A DNA stretch of 64,000 nucleotides, taken from the NCBI GenBank assembly GCA_050015395.1, contig JBEKBM010000002.1, forward strand, positions 64,001 through 128,000. The letters run 5' to 3'. Below, one piece after another: positions 9,078 through 20,431 of this stretch (position 1 is its first letter; every line of letters starts with the position of its first letter). The position numbers were made by a program, and so were the translations under genes. This DNA comes from Candidatus Bathyarchaeia archaeon. Its GTDB lineage: Archaea > Thermoproteota > Bathyarchaeia > Bathyarchaeales > Bathycorpusculaceae. The notes beneath the pieces are model-generated. The model ran no database searches. It was not told the DNA's origin and worked only from the letters and a program-made list of their open reading frames with translations.

Positions 9078-11255
9078 TTGACTTTTAACGTGAGAAAAAC
9101 TGCGTTGGCTATACCAATTCTGACTTTACTAATGATTACCGCAATTTTGCTAAATGCATCGATTTTTAGAGACATAATAGTATTTTTCTACTTATCATTC
9201 ATCCCTGGTTTTGTTCTTCTGAAGATTCTCAAACTCAAGGAAATCAGCTTTCTTGGCATTGTTTTGCTGTCTTTAGGTCTGAGTGTTGCTGTAACTATGT
9301 CGTTGGGATTCTTGGTTAATGAGTTGTATGATATTCTGGGTTTTTCACAACCTCTTTCGATTATTCCATTGACGACTGCTGTGTCCGCGTTTACTTTGAT
9401 GATGTTTTTTGCTGGATATAGGCATGATTTGTCAGGGAATTTTGCTTCCTCGGAAGGTACTAATGGAGAAACAAAAAGGGTCTTAGCCGTTTCGATTATC
9501 TTAGTTCTTCTTCCTTTCCTTGGCATCGTGGGAGCATTGTTTGTAAATGTTCCCATCATGCTTCTTTTGTGCGTAATGATAGCATCTTTATGTGTAATAA
9601 GCGTCGGCTCGAACAAACTTGTCTCTAGCAAGTTCTTCCCACTTTTGATTTTTTCGATTTCCATTGCTATTCTCTTGCTAAATGTCCTACTCTCAAAACG
9701 CATCATTGGCGATGATGCTAATATTGAATATTACGTTTTCAGGTTAACTCAGATTAATCAACATTGGGGTCCTCTTAATGCTGCTGCTAACTCGTATCTT
9801 GCACTTTCTTACAACTCTATGCTGTCCATTACTTTGCTGCCAGAAGTCTATTCTGTTTTGATGAACCTTCAAGGCGAAATAATATTCAAAATTTTGTACC
9901 CCTTCATCTTTTCGCTTGTACCCGTAACTCTCTATGGAATATACGAAAAACAGACTGGCAAACTAATTGGATTCCTTTCAGCGCTTTTCTTTGTTTTTAG
10001 TTTGAACGCTTTTTTTGGCGAGCTGACAACCGTTAACAGGCAAATTGTCGGTGAATTCTTCTTAACGCTCATAATCTTTGTCTGGCTAGAAAAATCTATA
10101 CCGACTAAAACAAAAAGATTGCTTGTGATAATTTTTGGAGCTGCTTTGGCAGTTTCACATTACTCTATTACATACCTCTTTCTAGCTTTTATATCAATTA
10201 TTTTCATCATATCAAAAATAAAGCCGAAATTCGACCAAACGTTTAATGTTGCAACGGTTCTATCTCTTTTTGGAATCACATTCTTATGGTATACGTTCAG
10301 TTCAGGTCAATTGCTGTCCTCGCTCATACGTACAATCCAACTGACTCTGACCGAGTTGACTACAGGATTGGTGCGTCATGCAGCTGGTAGTGCTGCTTCT
10401 ATGACTGGGCTTCCCCAGGTTTTTACAGCTGCATCCTGGATTAATCTGGCACTATCCGGCATGGCTAATTTTTTCATAGTAATAGGGCTTTTTGTTATCA
10501 TTGCACGAACAAAACTAACAGGCTTTTCTAAACAGTATAAAGTATTGTCTATTATTGCTGGAATAGCATTGGCGGTTGCTCTTGCCGCCCCAAGCATTGC
10601 AGCAATTCTGAACTTCACAAGGTTTTACGCCATAACTCTTCTATTTTTATCCCCTTGTTTTGTCATAGGCGGCAAGTTTCTATTTGAAAATAGCGCAAGC
10701 GCGGTGATGAGAATCGGCCACTTTTTTAAGAGGAAAAACGGCTCTAAAAGCACAAACACTAAAGTCGTGCTTTTGCTTGTAGCAGTTCTCCTGAGTGCTT
10801 ATTTTCTTTCACAATCGGGATTCGTAAACTACGTAACTGACGGGGGAATTCATTCTGCAACCCTTGATTTCTACAGAATGAAAGCATCGAACAATCCTCA
10901 AATTGAGATTCAGTTTTACGTTGCTTACATCCCTAATCAGGATGCGTTGAGTTCAGTATGGTTATCAAGTGAGGACGTCAATGCATCATCGTTTGTCTAT
11001 GCTGATACTTTGTCAATGGATCACGTACTATCTAGCTGTGCCTTAATTCCTTCAAACAGGTTACTTCCTTTGTCCAATACGGCAATTCAGGGGCAAAGTT
11101 TCATCTACTTAAGTAGCCTAAATGTTGTGGATGGCATAATATCTAATGGCACTGGATTCTTTAACTCCTCTGAAATTCAGGGATTTCAAAATATTAGCAA
11201 CCAAGTATATTCAAATGGCAATAGCGACATATGGCAGGTCAATAGCTTTGGTTAA
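9078..11255 (+). CDS. Polytopic membrane protein, DUF2206-like (archaeal glycosylation clusters)
   Basis: Many TM segments; RQIVGEFF, VSHYS, RFYAITLLFLSP, VYSNG motifs. Confidence 0.7.
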   Translation: MTFNVRKTALAIPILTLLMITAILLNASIFRDIIVFFYLSFIPGFVLLKILKLKEISFLGIVLLSLGLSVAVTMSLGFLVNELYDILGFSQPLSIIPLTTAVSAFTLMMFFAGYRHDLSGNFASSEGTNGETKRVLAVSIILVLLPFLGIVGALFVNVPIMLLLCVMIASLCVISVGSNKLVSSKFFPLLIFSISIAILLLNVLLSKRIIGDDANIEYYVFRLTQINQHWGPLNAAANSYLALSYNSMLSITLLPEVYSVLMNLQGEIIFKILYPFIFSLVPVTLYGIYEKQTGKLIGFLSALFFVFSLNAFFGELTTVNRQIVGEFFLTLIIFVWLEKSIPTKTKRLLVIIFGAALAVSHYSITYLFLAFISIIFIISKIKPKFDQTFNVATVLSLFGITFLWYTFSSGQLLSSLIRTIQLTLTELTTGLVRHAAGSAASMTGLPQVFTAASWINLALSGMANFFIVIGLFVIIARTKLTGFSKQYKVLSIIAGIALAVALAAPSIAAILNFTRFYAITLLFLSPCFVIGGKFLFENSASAVMRIGHFFKRKNGSKSTNTKVVLLLVAVLLSAYFLSQSGFVNYVTDGGIHSATLDFYRMKASNNPQIEIQFYVAYIPNQDALSSVWLSSEDVNASSFVYADTLSMDHVLSSCALIPSNRLLPLSNTAIQGQSFIYLSSLNVVDGIISNGTGFFNSSEIQGFQNISNQVYSNGNSDIWQVNSFG

Positions 11256-11340
11256 CTAAGCTACAATCACTTCAGGTATGAAGAAATAAGATCATAAACA
11301 AAATCAAGAAAGTGCAGCTTAAACTTTTCAATGCATTAGT

Positions 11341-12279
11341 GTGATTGAAATGAATACCAAAGTCACCATAGGATTGTGTGTTAAGAATGCCTCGTGCACA
11401 ATAAAATTTGCTTTCAATAGTATAGCCACTCAAGATTATCCGCATGAATTCCTAAAGCTAGTGATTGTTGATAATGGTAGCATCGACAATACTCTATCGC
11501 TTGCGCTAGAATTTGCAAAACAAACAGATATACGAACCTTAGTTGTCTCCAGCAAAGGTAAAGGTCTTGGGGCCTCGAGGCAAATGGCAGTTGATAACGC
11601 CGAAGGTGACTACATAGTATGGGTTGATGACGACTATATACTCCAAAAAGATTTCATAAGAAAACAAACAGAGTTTATGGACAAAAACCCAAATGTTGGT
11701 GCGGCCAGAGGGCTTCATATTCAAAATTCATCTTCTACATTGGTTGGAAGTCTAGCAATTGCAGGTTTTGTTCTGCCCAGTTGGAACTTGCCGAACCCCG
11801 AAACAATCGGTACAGGAGGCGCTATTTTTCGCCTCAAAGCAATAGAAAGAGTGAGAGGATTCGATATTCAAATCAAAGGAGCGGGAGAAGACCAAGACAT
11901 TTCGCAAAGAATAAGAGAGTCAGGGTGGCCTCTAGCAACTAATGTATCAGTAGGAGTCTTAAAGAAGAAACAAGGGGAAACAACTCTAAGGAGTTTATGG
12001 AAACACCAAATTTGGTATGGTTATGGAAACCATTTCCTTTTTCACAAATTCAAGAATCAAAAAATGCTGTTGGATTATAACCCGCCTTACGCTTTGTTGT
12101 ATGGATTCATCACTTCAAAACGGATCTATCACGTAACTAAAAAAAAGAATGTGTTTTTTTTCACAATTCTTTATCCCTTTATCAAAACGGCGCAATTTCT
12201 TGGGTTTATTCGCGCCCATTTAGACGGGTATGGGCACGTCACGGCAGTTAAGACCAAGCCTCAAACATACAAACGCTAA
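11341..12279 (+). CDS. GT2 glycosyltransferase
   Basis: IVDNGSIDNT, GLGASRQ, WVDDD (DxD), GAGEDQD. Confidence 0.9.
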   Translation: MIEMNTKVTIGLCVKNASCTIKFAFNSIATQDYPHEFLKLVIVDNGSIDNTLSLALEFAKQTDIRTLVVSSKGKGLGASRQMAVDNAEGDYIVWVDDDYILQKDFIRKQTEFMDKNPNVGAARGLHIQNSSSTLVGSLAIAGFVLPSWNLPNPETIGTGGAIFRLKAIERVRGFDIQIKGAGEDQDISQRIRESGWPLATNVSVGVLKKKQGETTLRSLWKHQIWYGYGNHFLFHKFKNQKMLLDYNPPYALLYGFITSKRIYHVTKKKNVFFFTILYPFIKTAQFLGFIRAHLDGYGHVTAVKTKPQTYKR

Positions 12280-12418
12280 TTTTTTCTCAAAAGCATTCTA
12301 CGAAATATTTCTCGCATGCAAATCACTGATAGATAAAATTGCTTCAACATGAAGAACCGCATAACAATTCCCAAAAAAATCGAACGATGAAAACAAGCAC
12401 ATACGCGAGGAAAATCGA

Positions 12419-13612
12419 TTGCACGTAGTTCTGCTCTCCCACGAATACCCACCCTACATATTTGGCGGAGTCGCAACCTTTGTAGAAAACCTTGCCCATG
12501 GGCTTCTGAGACAGGGCAATGAAGTTACCGTAATAGCGGGATATCCTGTCCCAAGCAGCGGCTTTAAAAAATTCAAAGCTGACGAAGAGCAAACAGAATC
12601 AGGAATAAACATTATCAGACTCCCATACCCAAACTTTCCTCCAAGGCAACTTTGGTTTCAAGTTTTTAACCTTCCCAAGCTTGTCGAAGTTATCAGATGC
12701 ATCAACCCTGATATAATACATGGACAAAGCGGAGTCGCCTACCCCGCGCTTGTTAAACTTAAAGATTTAGCTCCAACTGTAGTCAGCTACCATACGAACC
12801 CTAAATTGGAGTTAACGCTTAGTCTTTATTCATTGACCAGAGGCGGAAGCTTAAGCGATATCCGCACATACGCTGTGGGCTATCCAGTGTGGGCATATAG
12901 CTTCAAAAAAGAATTCGAAATATCCAACGCTTCCGTCGCGGTCTCTGAAACCCTAATGAATGACCTCCTGCTAAACATGCAAAACGGAAACAGGAAAAAA
13001 ATGCGTTACATTCACAACGGAGTCAACGTAGAAGAGTTAGAAAAAGAATATTCAAGCGTTCAATCTGAAAAAGAAAAAGATAAGCCAATAATCTTTTCGG
13101 CAGGTCGCCTTTACTGGCGCAAAGGAGTTCTCAACCTAATCAAATTAGCACAACTTCTAGAAAAAAAGCATCATCTCAACTACAAAATTGTCGTCCATGG
13201 ATCAGGACCGCTTGCCGGAAAAATGGAGAAGCTAATTCATAAATACGATTTAACCAACATAATCCTCAAAGGCTTCACTACAAGAACTGAATTCTTAAAA
13301 GACATGAAACGAGCGGCTTATGTAGTAATACCCAGCACGTTTGAAGCGTGCCCTATGCTTCTGTTGGAAAGCATGTGTCTAGGAAAAATACCTATTATGT
13401 TTGACCTACCTTACTCGGAAGAGTTGACAAAGCAGGGTGAGTATGGTTTGTTGGCTCGAAACGTTGAGGAAATGTCTGAGAAAATCAAATCTTTCCCGAC
13501 ACAAATCGATGTAGAACACTTCGAAAATAAAATAAAAAAGTTTGCAATAAGACAGTATGATGTGGCGAAAACTGCAACACAGTACTGTGACCTTTACAAA
13601 TCAATTAGTTAG
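12419..13612 (+). CDS. GT4 glycosyltransferase
   Basis: EYPPYIFGGVATF, IHNGV, AGRLYWRKG, EACPMLLLESM. Confidence 0.9.
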   Translation: MHVVLLSHEYPPYIFGGVATFVENLAHGLLRQGNEVTVIAGYPVPSSGFKKFKADEEQTESGINIIRLPYPNFPPRQLWFQVFNLPKLVEVIRCINPDIIHGQSGVAYPALVKLKDLAPTVVSYHTNPKLELTLSLYSLTRGGSLSDIRTYAVGYPVWAYSFKKEFEISNASVAVSETLMNDLLLNMQNGNRKKMRYIHNGVNVEELEKEYSSVQSEKEKDKPIIFSAGRLYWRKGVLNLIKLAQLLEKKHHLNYKIVVHGSGPLAGKMEKLIHKYDLTNIILKGFTTRTEFLKDMKRAAYVVIPSTFEACPMLLLESMCLGKIPIMFDLPYSEELTKQGEYGLLARNVEEMSEKIKSFPTQIDVEHFENKIKKFAIRQYDVAKTATQYCDLYKSIS

Positions 13613-13687
13613 AAATTTTCAATTTACCCGAGTCCGATTTGGAGACTATGAGTAGTGCAATAAAGAATTTTCAAATTCAAGCTTTTT

Positions 13688-13945
13688 ATGAAAAAGGTAG
13701 TCATTGCCACTGATCTCCTTGCTCACAGAAATGTTGTGCATAATCAGGAATGCTGCATTTATCTGTGATCAGTGAACCCTGAGGCAATCGCCAAGGGAGA
13801 AGAATTTGCAGTAGCTAACAAGGATAAACTCGAGGGACTGGGGAAGCTGTGGCCGAAGAAAAGTTCTTAGCAGTTACACCTAGGGGAAGGTTGCCGAAGA
13901 CATAGAGCATTATCTTCTTTGGGTTTGATTCGAGATATTCTTTGA
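13688..13945 (+). pseudogene. Degenerate copy of the 3' end of the GT4 gene at 15528..16727
   Basis: MKKVVIATDLLAHRNVVHNQECCIYL*SVNPEAIAKGEEFAVANKDKLEGLGK aligns to MEKVVLATDIYANRVVAGDEKCCIYFQSVDPVEIANSIEYAYVNKDKLEGLGK; internal stops and frameshifts. Confidence 0.8.
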
Positions 13946-14085
13946 AGGATCAACAATTTTGAGTCTATTCAAAACTTTTTCCATCGATACATCATTGGAT
14001 GTTTATCATTCAGCTATATTTCTTAAGGATGTTAAGAAAGATTCCAGATGAGTCTGCACGATATAAGGCAATGATGGCGAGTTAA

Positions 14086-15240
14086 TTGAATGTACTTTGC
14101 ATTTATCCTGGAATGACCAAAGCGAGAAATGATAACGCTTTCATGCTTACAAAACTTCAAGAAAAAGGCGTGAAACTCGCTGTTATTGCAGGTAAGTCCT
14201 TGGAGCTGAAGGGCGTTGGACAGCTTCCTTCCTATGAGGACATGGACGGTATTCCCGTATTTAGGCTATTCAGAAGCCCTCGCAATATGTTTCTTTTTCC
14301 TCATGAAAAATTAGAAGATATTTTGCAGATAATCAAAAACCTCAAGCCAGATCTTATTTTTTGTTCTCAAGAGCTAAACATGCGGCTAGCCTTGATCATT
14401 AAGAAGTACGTTGACATACCTATAGTGTTGTTGGTTGAAGACGGCGGACGGATTTTTTCAGGTGAGGCTGAATTAGGTATTTTTAATAGAACATTAATGC
14501 CCATTTTTGGGATTCAAAAGGGACCAATGTTCTGGCAATGGTTGTGCAGAAAGGCTTCGGCTCTTATAACTTGTCACCCTCGAGACAAACGATTTTTAGA
14601 TAGATTATCACAATACGGAAAGCCGGTCTATTTTCTTCCATGGCCAACGTATGTACCAGATGATTTTAGGTTTCCATCTATGAGGAAAAGAGAGAGGGGG
14701 GTTTATGTGGGTTCTCTTTATCCCTTCAAAAACACTCAGGAATTTGAGAAAACTTTGCCACGAATTTTAAAAGAGACAAATACAAGGGAATTCTTCGTTG
14801 TGGGACCTGGACCACATGCGAAAATAATAAAAAGGCTTCAGAAGGAGAACCGGAACGCTATAGAGTATGTTAGGGAGCTTTCAAGGACAGATGCCTTATC
14901 TTTAATCGCAAGCAGTTACTATGCGTATACACCTGTAGTGAAAGGCGGTTGGGGGTTCATTGGTGATTGTTGGAGCATGAGAACGCCTATTGTGATGACA
15001 AGTAATGATGGTTATGTTGTCAATAATGAAAACGCGCTAGTAGCTGTAAATGAAAATAGGCTAATTGAGAACATTAACCGCTTATACAATGAAGCAGAAC
15101 TTTTTGAAAAACTGCAGAGGAATGGCTTCAATGAAAGTGAAAGCAGGAAAGCAGAAGTAGTAAGTAATAGCTTATATGGTATACTGGCAAAAACTATTGA
15201 AAATTCTTTTTCACATAACTCTTACGAACACGTGCCTTAA
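14086..15240 (+). CDS. GT4/GT-B-fold glycosyltransferase
   Basis: GIPVFRL, KPDLI, VYVGSLYPFKN, VVGPGP, NENALV; cluster context. Confidence 0.75.
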   Translation: MNVLCIYPGMTKARNDNAFMLTKLQEKGVKLAVIAGKSLELKGVGQLPSYEDMDGIPVFRLFRSPRNMFLFPHEKLEDILQIIKNLKPDLIFCSQELNMRLALIIKKYVDIPIVLLVEDGGRIFSGEAELGIFNRTLMPIFGIQKGPMFWQWLCRKASALITCHPRDKRFLDRLSQYGKPVYFLPWPTYVPDDFRFPSMRKRERGVYVGSLYPFKNTQEFEKTLPRILKETNTREFFVVGPGPHAKIIKRLQKENRNAIEYVRELSRTDALSLIASSYYAYTPVVKGGWGFIGDCWSMRTPIVMTSNDGYVVNNENALVAVNENRLIENINRLYNEAELFEKLQRNGFNESESRKAEVVSNSLYGILAKTIENSFSHNSYEHVP

Positions 15241-15527
15241 CGTTCATGTATATGGCTTTTTCGGCACAATGAATTCATGTCTGAAGAAGAAAGAAGGAAA
15301 ACTTGGCAAACTATAGCAAGTTTAGCCAAAAAAATTATACTTTTTGACAGTGATAATGATCGGTATCAGTATGTTTCTGAAATAGACACTGTCCCTGATT
15401 GCAAAGGATTTCATAATTTCATATTTTCATTGAATAGAGAAACTCCGTTGATACTAAAAGATAGTCCACTTATGAAAGGTGCGTTAACAATCTAAATTAG
15501 CTTCACAAACATCGAGAGGGTAAAACA

Positions 15528-16727
15528 TTGTCCCATAAGAAAATGAGAATAAGCTTTGTCAGTGCGCTAACGCTGGACACCGACATGCACAAGACAAGGG
15601 AATTGGAAATAATAAAGGCGCTTGCGGAGCGAGGGCATACTACTACCCTGATAGCGATAACTTCTAAGAGTAACTTTAAAATGTCGGACCAGCGCATAAA
15701 ACTTATTCCTATACCGATAAGATCTGTGCCAATAATTTCACCCCTTATTTGGGCTGGTGTTTTACTCTTTTTCTTACCAATTCACATATTGGTCAGTAAG
15801 CCCGATTTCGTAATAATGGATCCAGAAATATCAGTGCTAAGTTCAATTCCAACTCGTCTCGCCTTAAGATTTTCCAAGGCAAAATTCGTTTTAGATGTTA
15901 GAAGCACACCTGTTGAAGTAATTGGTTTTCGTGGGCATTTGTTAGAGTTTTTATTTAATGTCTCTGTTTTGGTGGCAAAGAGGTTTTTTAAAGGAATGGC
16001 CTTTGTCACTTCTTCAATGAAACAAGAAGTATGCCGAAAATTTGGTTTGGATCAAAACAAAGTTTGCGTGTGGACAAATGGTGTGTCCCTTAATCTTTTT
16101 GAGCCTCAAAATTTCCCTGAAGAAAGTGCGAAGCTAAAAAAACAGCTTGATCTAACCAAGAAGTTCATTGTATTCTACCACGGAGCTTTTTCACCTACCA
16201 GAGGGCTAACCCAAACTATTGAGGCTATACAAATTGTTAGTCAGCAAAATCCTCAAATTGTTTTGCTTCTTCTCGGAACAGGACCTATAGTTTCCGACTT
16301 AGAAAAGTTAATTCGGTTAAAGAGTCTTCAAAATAATGTAGTTCTTCATGATCCTGTTCTCTATGAGGAAGTTCCAAAATTTATTGGTTTAAGCGATGTG
16401 TGTATTGTCCCGTTGCCAAACAATTCTTACTGGAGATTCCAAAACGCTTTGAACCTTCTGGAATACTTGGCGATGGAAAAAGTTGTGTTGGCAACCGATA
16501 TTTATGCAAACAGAGTGGTAGCAGGAGACGAAAAGTGCTGTATTTATTTTCAGTCTGTTGACCCTGTTGAAATTGCTAATTCAATCGAATATGCATATGT
16601 TAACAAAGATAAACTTGAAGGTTTGGGAAAAGTTGGCCGAAAAATAATTCAAAGCAGTTACACATGGGAAAAGGTTGCTGAAGAAGTTGAACATTATCTT
16701 CTTTCGGTTGATTCGAGATATTCTTAG
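15528..16727 (+). CDS. GT4 glycosyltransferase
   Basis: TNGV, YHGAFSPTRGL, LLEYLAMEKVVLATDI, YTWEKVA. Confidence 0.9.
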   Translation: MSHKKMRISFVSALTLDTDMHKTRELEIIKALAERGHTTTLIAITSKSNFKMSDQRIKLIPIPIRSVPIISPLIWAGVLLFFLPIHILVSKPDFVIMDPEISVLSSIPTRLALRFSKAKFVLDVRSTPVEVIGFRGHLLEFLFNVSVLVAKRFFKGMAFVTSSMKQEVCRKFGLDQNKVCVWTNGVSLNLFEPQNFPEESAKLKKQLDLTKKFIVFYHGAFSPTRGLTQTIEAIQIVSQQNPQIVLLLLGTGPIVSDLEKLIRLKSLQNNVVLHDPVLYEEVPKFIGLSDVCIVPLPNNSYWRFQNALNLLEYLAMEKVVLATDIYANRVVAGDEKCCIYFQSVDPVEIANSIEYAYVNKDKLEGLGKVGRKIIQSSYTWEKVAEEVEHYLLSVDSRYS

Positions 16728-17037
16728 AGCGCCAGCGCCGGCGCGCCTATGTTAAGTCTGCTATTTCGGCTTTCCTTTTTCCAGTTTTACCGCGCCCTCA
16801 CATTGAAGTAGTAAGTTACATAAACGAGCCCTTTACACAGCTTCAAGAAAAACATGTTTACAATGAAGTCATTCGCCAGAACCACCGTACATAACTCTAA
16901 TACCTGAACCCAGACTTTTTTTTCACTACTTCTTTCTATCTAACAACTGCTCTGTAGGTGTATCACATGTACCATGCATATTACAACGTTAATAGACGAG
17001 TCGCACCTTTTTGGAATGAGTTATTAAAGGAGGCGCA

Positions 17038-17775
17038 TTGATAATGAGTTTGAAAACCATGATCGGTGATGGTGATTCGCAACATTTTGATGCTGAAGGC
17101 TTAGATAGGTTAATCCCTCAACTTTTTGGGCTTCTTTCACCTAACATGGCTGAATGCGCTGTTTTGGACGTTGGATGTGGTCCTGGCATTATTGCCAGTG
17201 CTATTAAGCGTCAATTTGGCGCTGAAGTTTATGGCGTAGATTGCGATTCAACTTTTGTAGAACAAACAAAGGCAAAGGGGGTTAACGCGTACAGTTGCAA
17301 CATAGAGACCGATAGCCTTCCTTTTTCTGATGCGACCTTTGACTATGTACTGTGTATTGAAGTGATTGAACACCTTGCGAAACCTGAGAGTTGCCTTAAG
17401 GAAATTGCCAGAGTGATTAAGCCGAAAGGAGTGCTGATACTTTCTACACCTAATCTAGTCGCACTCCCAAATAGATTAGCAATTATCAATGGTAAAGACC
17501 CACTGAAGGGGGATCCGTTTGACCGTCCTTATGACCGTCACATAAGACTTTATGCATTAAACTCACTAACACAACTTGTATCCACTTGGTTCAAAATTAC
17601 AAGAATTGTTTATGTAAATCAACAACCAAGAAGAACATGGAAAGGAATAGGCAGAGGCTTGCTTTGTTTTCTGAAAAAAGATTTGGCTAGTACAATGATA
17701 GTGACATGCCAACTGAACCAACATGAAATCCCAACAATTTTAGCCCAAGGCAAAGAATTAAGAGAATCCTATTAG
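17038..17775 (+). CDS. Class I SAM-dependent methyltransferase
   Basis: VLDVGCGPG, LPFSDATFDYV, EVIEHL, RVIKPKGVLILSTPN. Confidence 0.9.
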   Translation: MIMSLKTMIGDGDSQHFDAEGLDRLIPQLFGLLSPNMAECAVLDVGCGPGIIASAIKRQFGAEVYGVDCDSTFVEQTKAKGVNAYSCNIETDSLPFSDATFDYVLCIEVIEHLAKPESCLKEIARVIKPKGVLILSTPNLVALPNRLAIINGKDPLKGDPFDRPYDRHIRLYALNSLTQLVSTWFKITRIVYVNQQPRRTWKGIGRGLLCFLKKDLASTMIVTCQLNQHEIPTILAQGKELRESY

Positions 17776-18106
17776 CATATTCTGTTCTTTCTGACAAGCT
17801 GTGGCACTTCAAGAAGCTCCTAATTTCGTTACCGTGCTTTCCAACATGAAAGATGATTCTTGGAGAGCTATGCCTTTTCGAAGACGCTCAGCGTTGAAGA
17901 CTCTTGTATGCACTGCGTAACCAAATACTTCGTTGTTTCGCATTTTTGGATTCCAGAACAACCAAAGCATGTGAAATAGAGAGAAAAGAGTAATGAGGGT
18001 TTTGGTTTGGGGTACAGCAAGGGTACAACTCTAAATATATAACTAAGCCTTACATAAAACGTTTAAGCGAACAACAGCAGAATAATAACTAAACTGATTT
18101 TATAAA

Positions 18107-18823
18107 GTGAGTTTCTTAATGGTCAAATACAGTATCTGCATCACTCACTATAATATGAAAGATACTTTACGTGAATTTATGGAAAGTGTTTTCGTCCAAA
18201 TCGATTCAAGTTTTGAAGTAGTTGTATGCGATAATTGCAGCGACGATGGTTCCCGCGAAATACTTGAAGATTACGCACGAGCTGGAAAAATCAGACTATT
18301 AGTACAAAAATCAAGCAGAGGCAAAGGTCGGCAGATAGCATTTGAGAATTCAACGGGTGACTATATTATTTCAGGCTTAGATTCCGATGACGTGTTGAAA
18401 CCTACTTTGAAAGATGTTTTGAAAATTTATCATTCAGAACATGAAGGTTATGCGTTGTCTTTCGGGACTATTCATTTTATTCCTAGACCGCTTGTTGAGT
18501 CGGTTGGTGGATGGAGAGATTTACAATCTCTTGAAGACGTCGATTTTTGTAAGCGAGTTGAAATTTTGGGTAAGATGCATTATTTTGAGGACGATTCATT
18601 TGTGATGCAGCGAAGAGGAAGAGTTAAGCGGAGTATATTCTACAGGACTAAAGAAAGATACAGTTACTACAAATGTGCCTATCAAATCGGTCGCTGCGTT
18701 TGGAGTGAAATCATAAAAAAACAATCTGTAATTTGGTATCGTCGTCCAATCGAATTTGTTTTAGCACTCACTGCTGTGGCCAATTTGAAAATTAAAAAAG
18801 TTAAAAAATTCAAGTATGCTTAG
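18107..18823 (+). CDS. GT2 glycosyltransferase
   Basis: EVVVCDNCSDDGS, RGKGRQ, LDSDD, VGGW...EDVD. Confidence 0.88.
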   Translation: MSFLMVKYSICITHYNMKDTLREFMESVFVQIDSSFEVVVCDNCSDDGSREILEDYARAGKIRLLVQKSSRGKGRQIAFENSTGDYIISGLDSDDVLKPTLKDVLKIYHSEHEGYALSFGTIHFIPRPLVESVGGWRDLQSLEDVDFCKRVEILGKMHYFEDDSFVMQRRGRVKRSIFYRTKERYSYYKCAYQIGRCVWSEIIKKQSVIWYRRPIEFVLALTAVANLKIKKVKKFKYA

Positions 18824-19033
18824 ACACGAATAACAGCTGTACTTGAATTTAATTTACTTATCAAAGGAGATAAATCAATTCTCATATTAATTTTTAATCC
18901 AACCAACCATGCATCTATGGAGTGCGTACAGTAAACTGATTATAATTCATGGACAAGGTTTATTTCACTTATAATATCGTCCTGTCGGTGAATCTTTCTA
19001 ATTGTTTTGAAAATCAATAACATCAAATTTTTC

Positions 19034-19750
19034 TCAGGGAGACCAAACAAAGACAGCATTGCAAAATCTCAATCGAAGTTCGCCAGTCCATTCTAAAGTC
19101 TGCTCATAAACTCCGAAAAGAACATACGCTCTATCCTCAAGATACTGCCTAAGCACCTGAAACGGAACATGTTCTTTGTTGGCAAAGTTTAGTCCCGCTT
19201 CAACTTGAACAAAAGCGACTCTACCAGAAGAAAACAATTTGTCTCCACCCTTCAGAACCTCAAGGTCAAATCCTTCTGTGTCGATCTTCAAATAATCAAT
19301 GCAGTTAACATTGTGCTCATCGCAAAACCTGTTAAGAGTATCGACATGAACCGTTTCAAAATTCAAGTTCTTTCCAGAATTTGCCTCAGTTTTTCTAGCA
19401 AGAGAGTTTATTAATGAGCAATTCTGCAACTCTACTTGTATTGTTCCGATAGTAGATCCGAACGCTATTTGAAAACAATGCACCCGATTCATTTTTTTCG
19501 TCTTATTTGTTAACTGATTAAATGTACTTCGAATCGGCTCAAAGCAGTATATGTCTGCTCGTGGAAATGCATGCGAAATTCGATATAATGATTGACCTTC
19601 ATTTGCCCCAACATCAAATATCACATTGAATTTTTGAAAAGACATATGTCTTCTTATATCGAAAAAAACATCGAAACCATGGGGAAGAGAATAATACAAA
19701 TGACTCTTGAGCAGGAAACGCCAAATATATCGCATGTAAGAAGAATTCAT
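19034..19750 (-). CDS. FkbM-family methyltransferase
   Basis: IFDVGANEG, CFEP, IDYLKIDTEGFDLEVLKG. Confidence 0.92.
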   Translation of the reverse strand: MNSSYMRYIWRFLLKSHLYYSLPHGFDVFFDIRRHMSFQKFNVIFDVGANEGQSLYRISHAFPRADIYCFEPIRSTFNQLTNKTKKMNRVHCFQIAFGSTIGTIQVELQNCSLINSLARKTEANSGKNLNFETVHVDTLNRFCDEHNVNCIDYLKIDTEGFDLEVLKGGDKLFSSGRVAFVQVEAGLNFANKEHVPFQVLRQYLEDRAYVLFGVYEQTLEWTGELRLRFCNAVFVWSP

Positions 19751-20431
19751 GCTCTCACTCGGGTAACACAGCCTAGTGGTGTCAAAGTAGGAATTGTAGA
19801 TTTATATAAGTTGCTTACTTTCTAGAAAACCAAGATTTCCAAATGCCGGACTCAATGTTACGCACTTCAAATCTGGCTTTCAAACGCCAGAGGGGTTTAC
19901 CAATACGCGCAAACGCATTCGACCACGCAAATAATCAGCGGAGACAAAAGAGCGAATATCGCCAGTTTGCCGGAGGTCAAGCCAATCCAACAAAGCAATT
20001 GTCACTATTAGTATAGCCCTCTCAAGTGGGCGCTAACGACAATTTCTTCCGATTTAACCTCGGCTAAAAGTTTAGAAATTTCTTCTGTCAGAATCGAGTT
20101 CACCTTCGACCCAGAACAAACAAATCTCAAAGACAAGCTCTGCGCGCTTCCCACTGAAAGGACATCTTTAACAAAAGAACTCTCACAATGAAGGCTGGAA
20201 AAGAGCACAGGCAATGGCTAAAACAAAAGTCTTCTGGGTTACGAAGCAGCATTTCCCAGCATTTAACTTTTGAAGTTTAAGATGCTTATGAGTCCTACCA
20301 TCGCAAACTTTTCTACTGTAAAAAAGCGTAATTTTTAGTAAGAAAGAAGTATCGAATCGCTCGCAAAAAGTTGTTTCTTTAACTGAAAAAGAGCACTGCA
20401 AAGAAAAAGAAAGAAAATAGGGGTAGTTTTT

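Noticed and set aside
15277-15495. 72-aa ORF between GT4 genes
   Set aside because: Possibly a gene remnant, but no family is recognisable
19850-20401. Short minus-strand ORFs (68 and 72 aa)
   Set aside because: No recognisable motifs or convincing start signals; may be a decayed gene but cannot be supported
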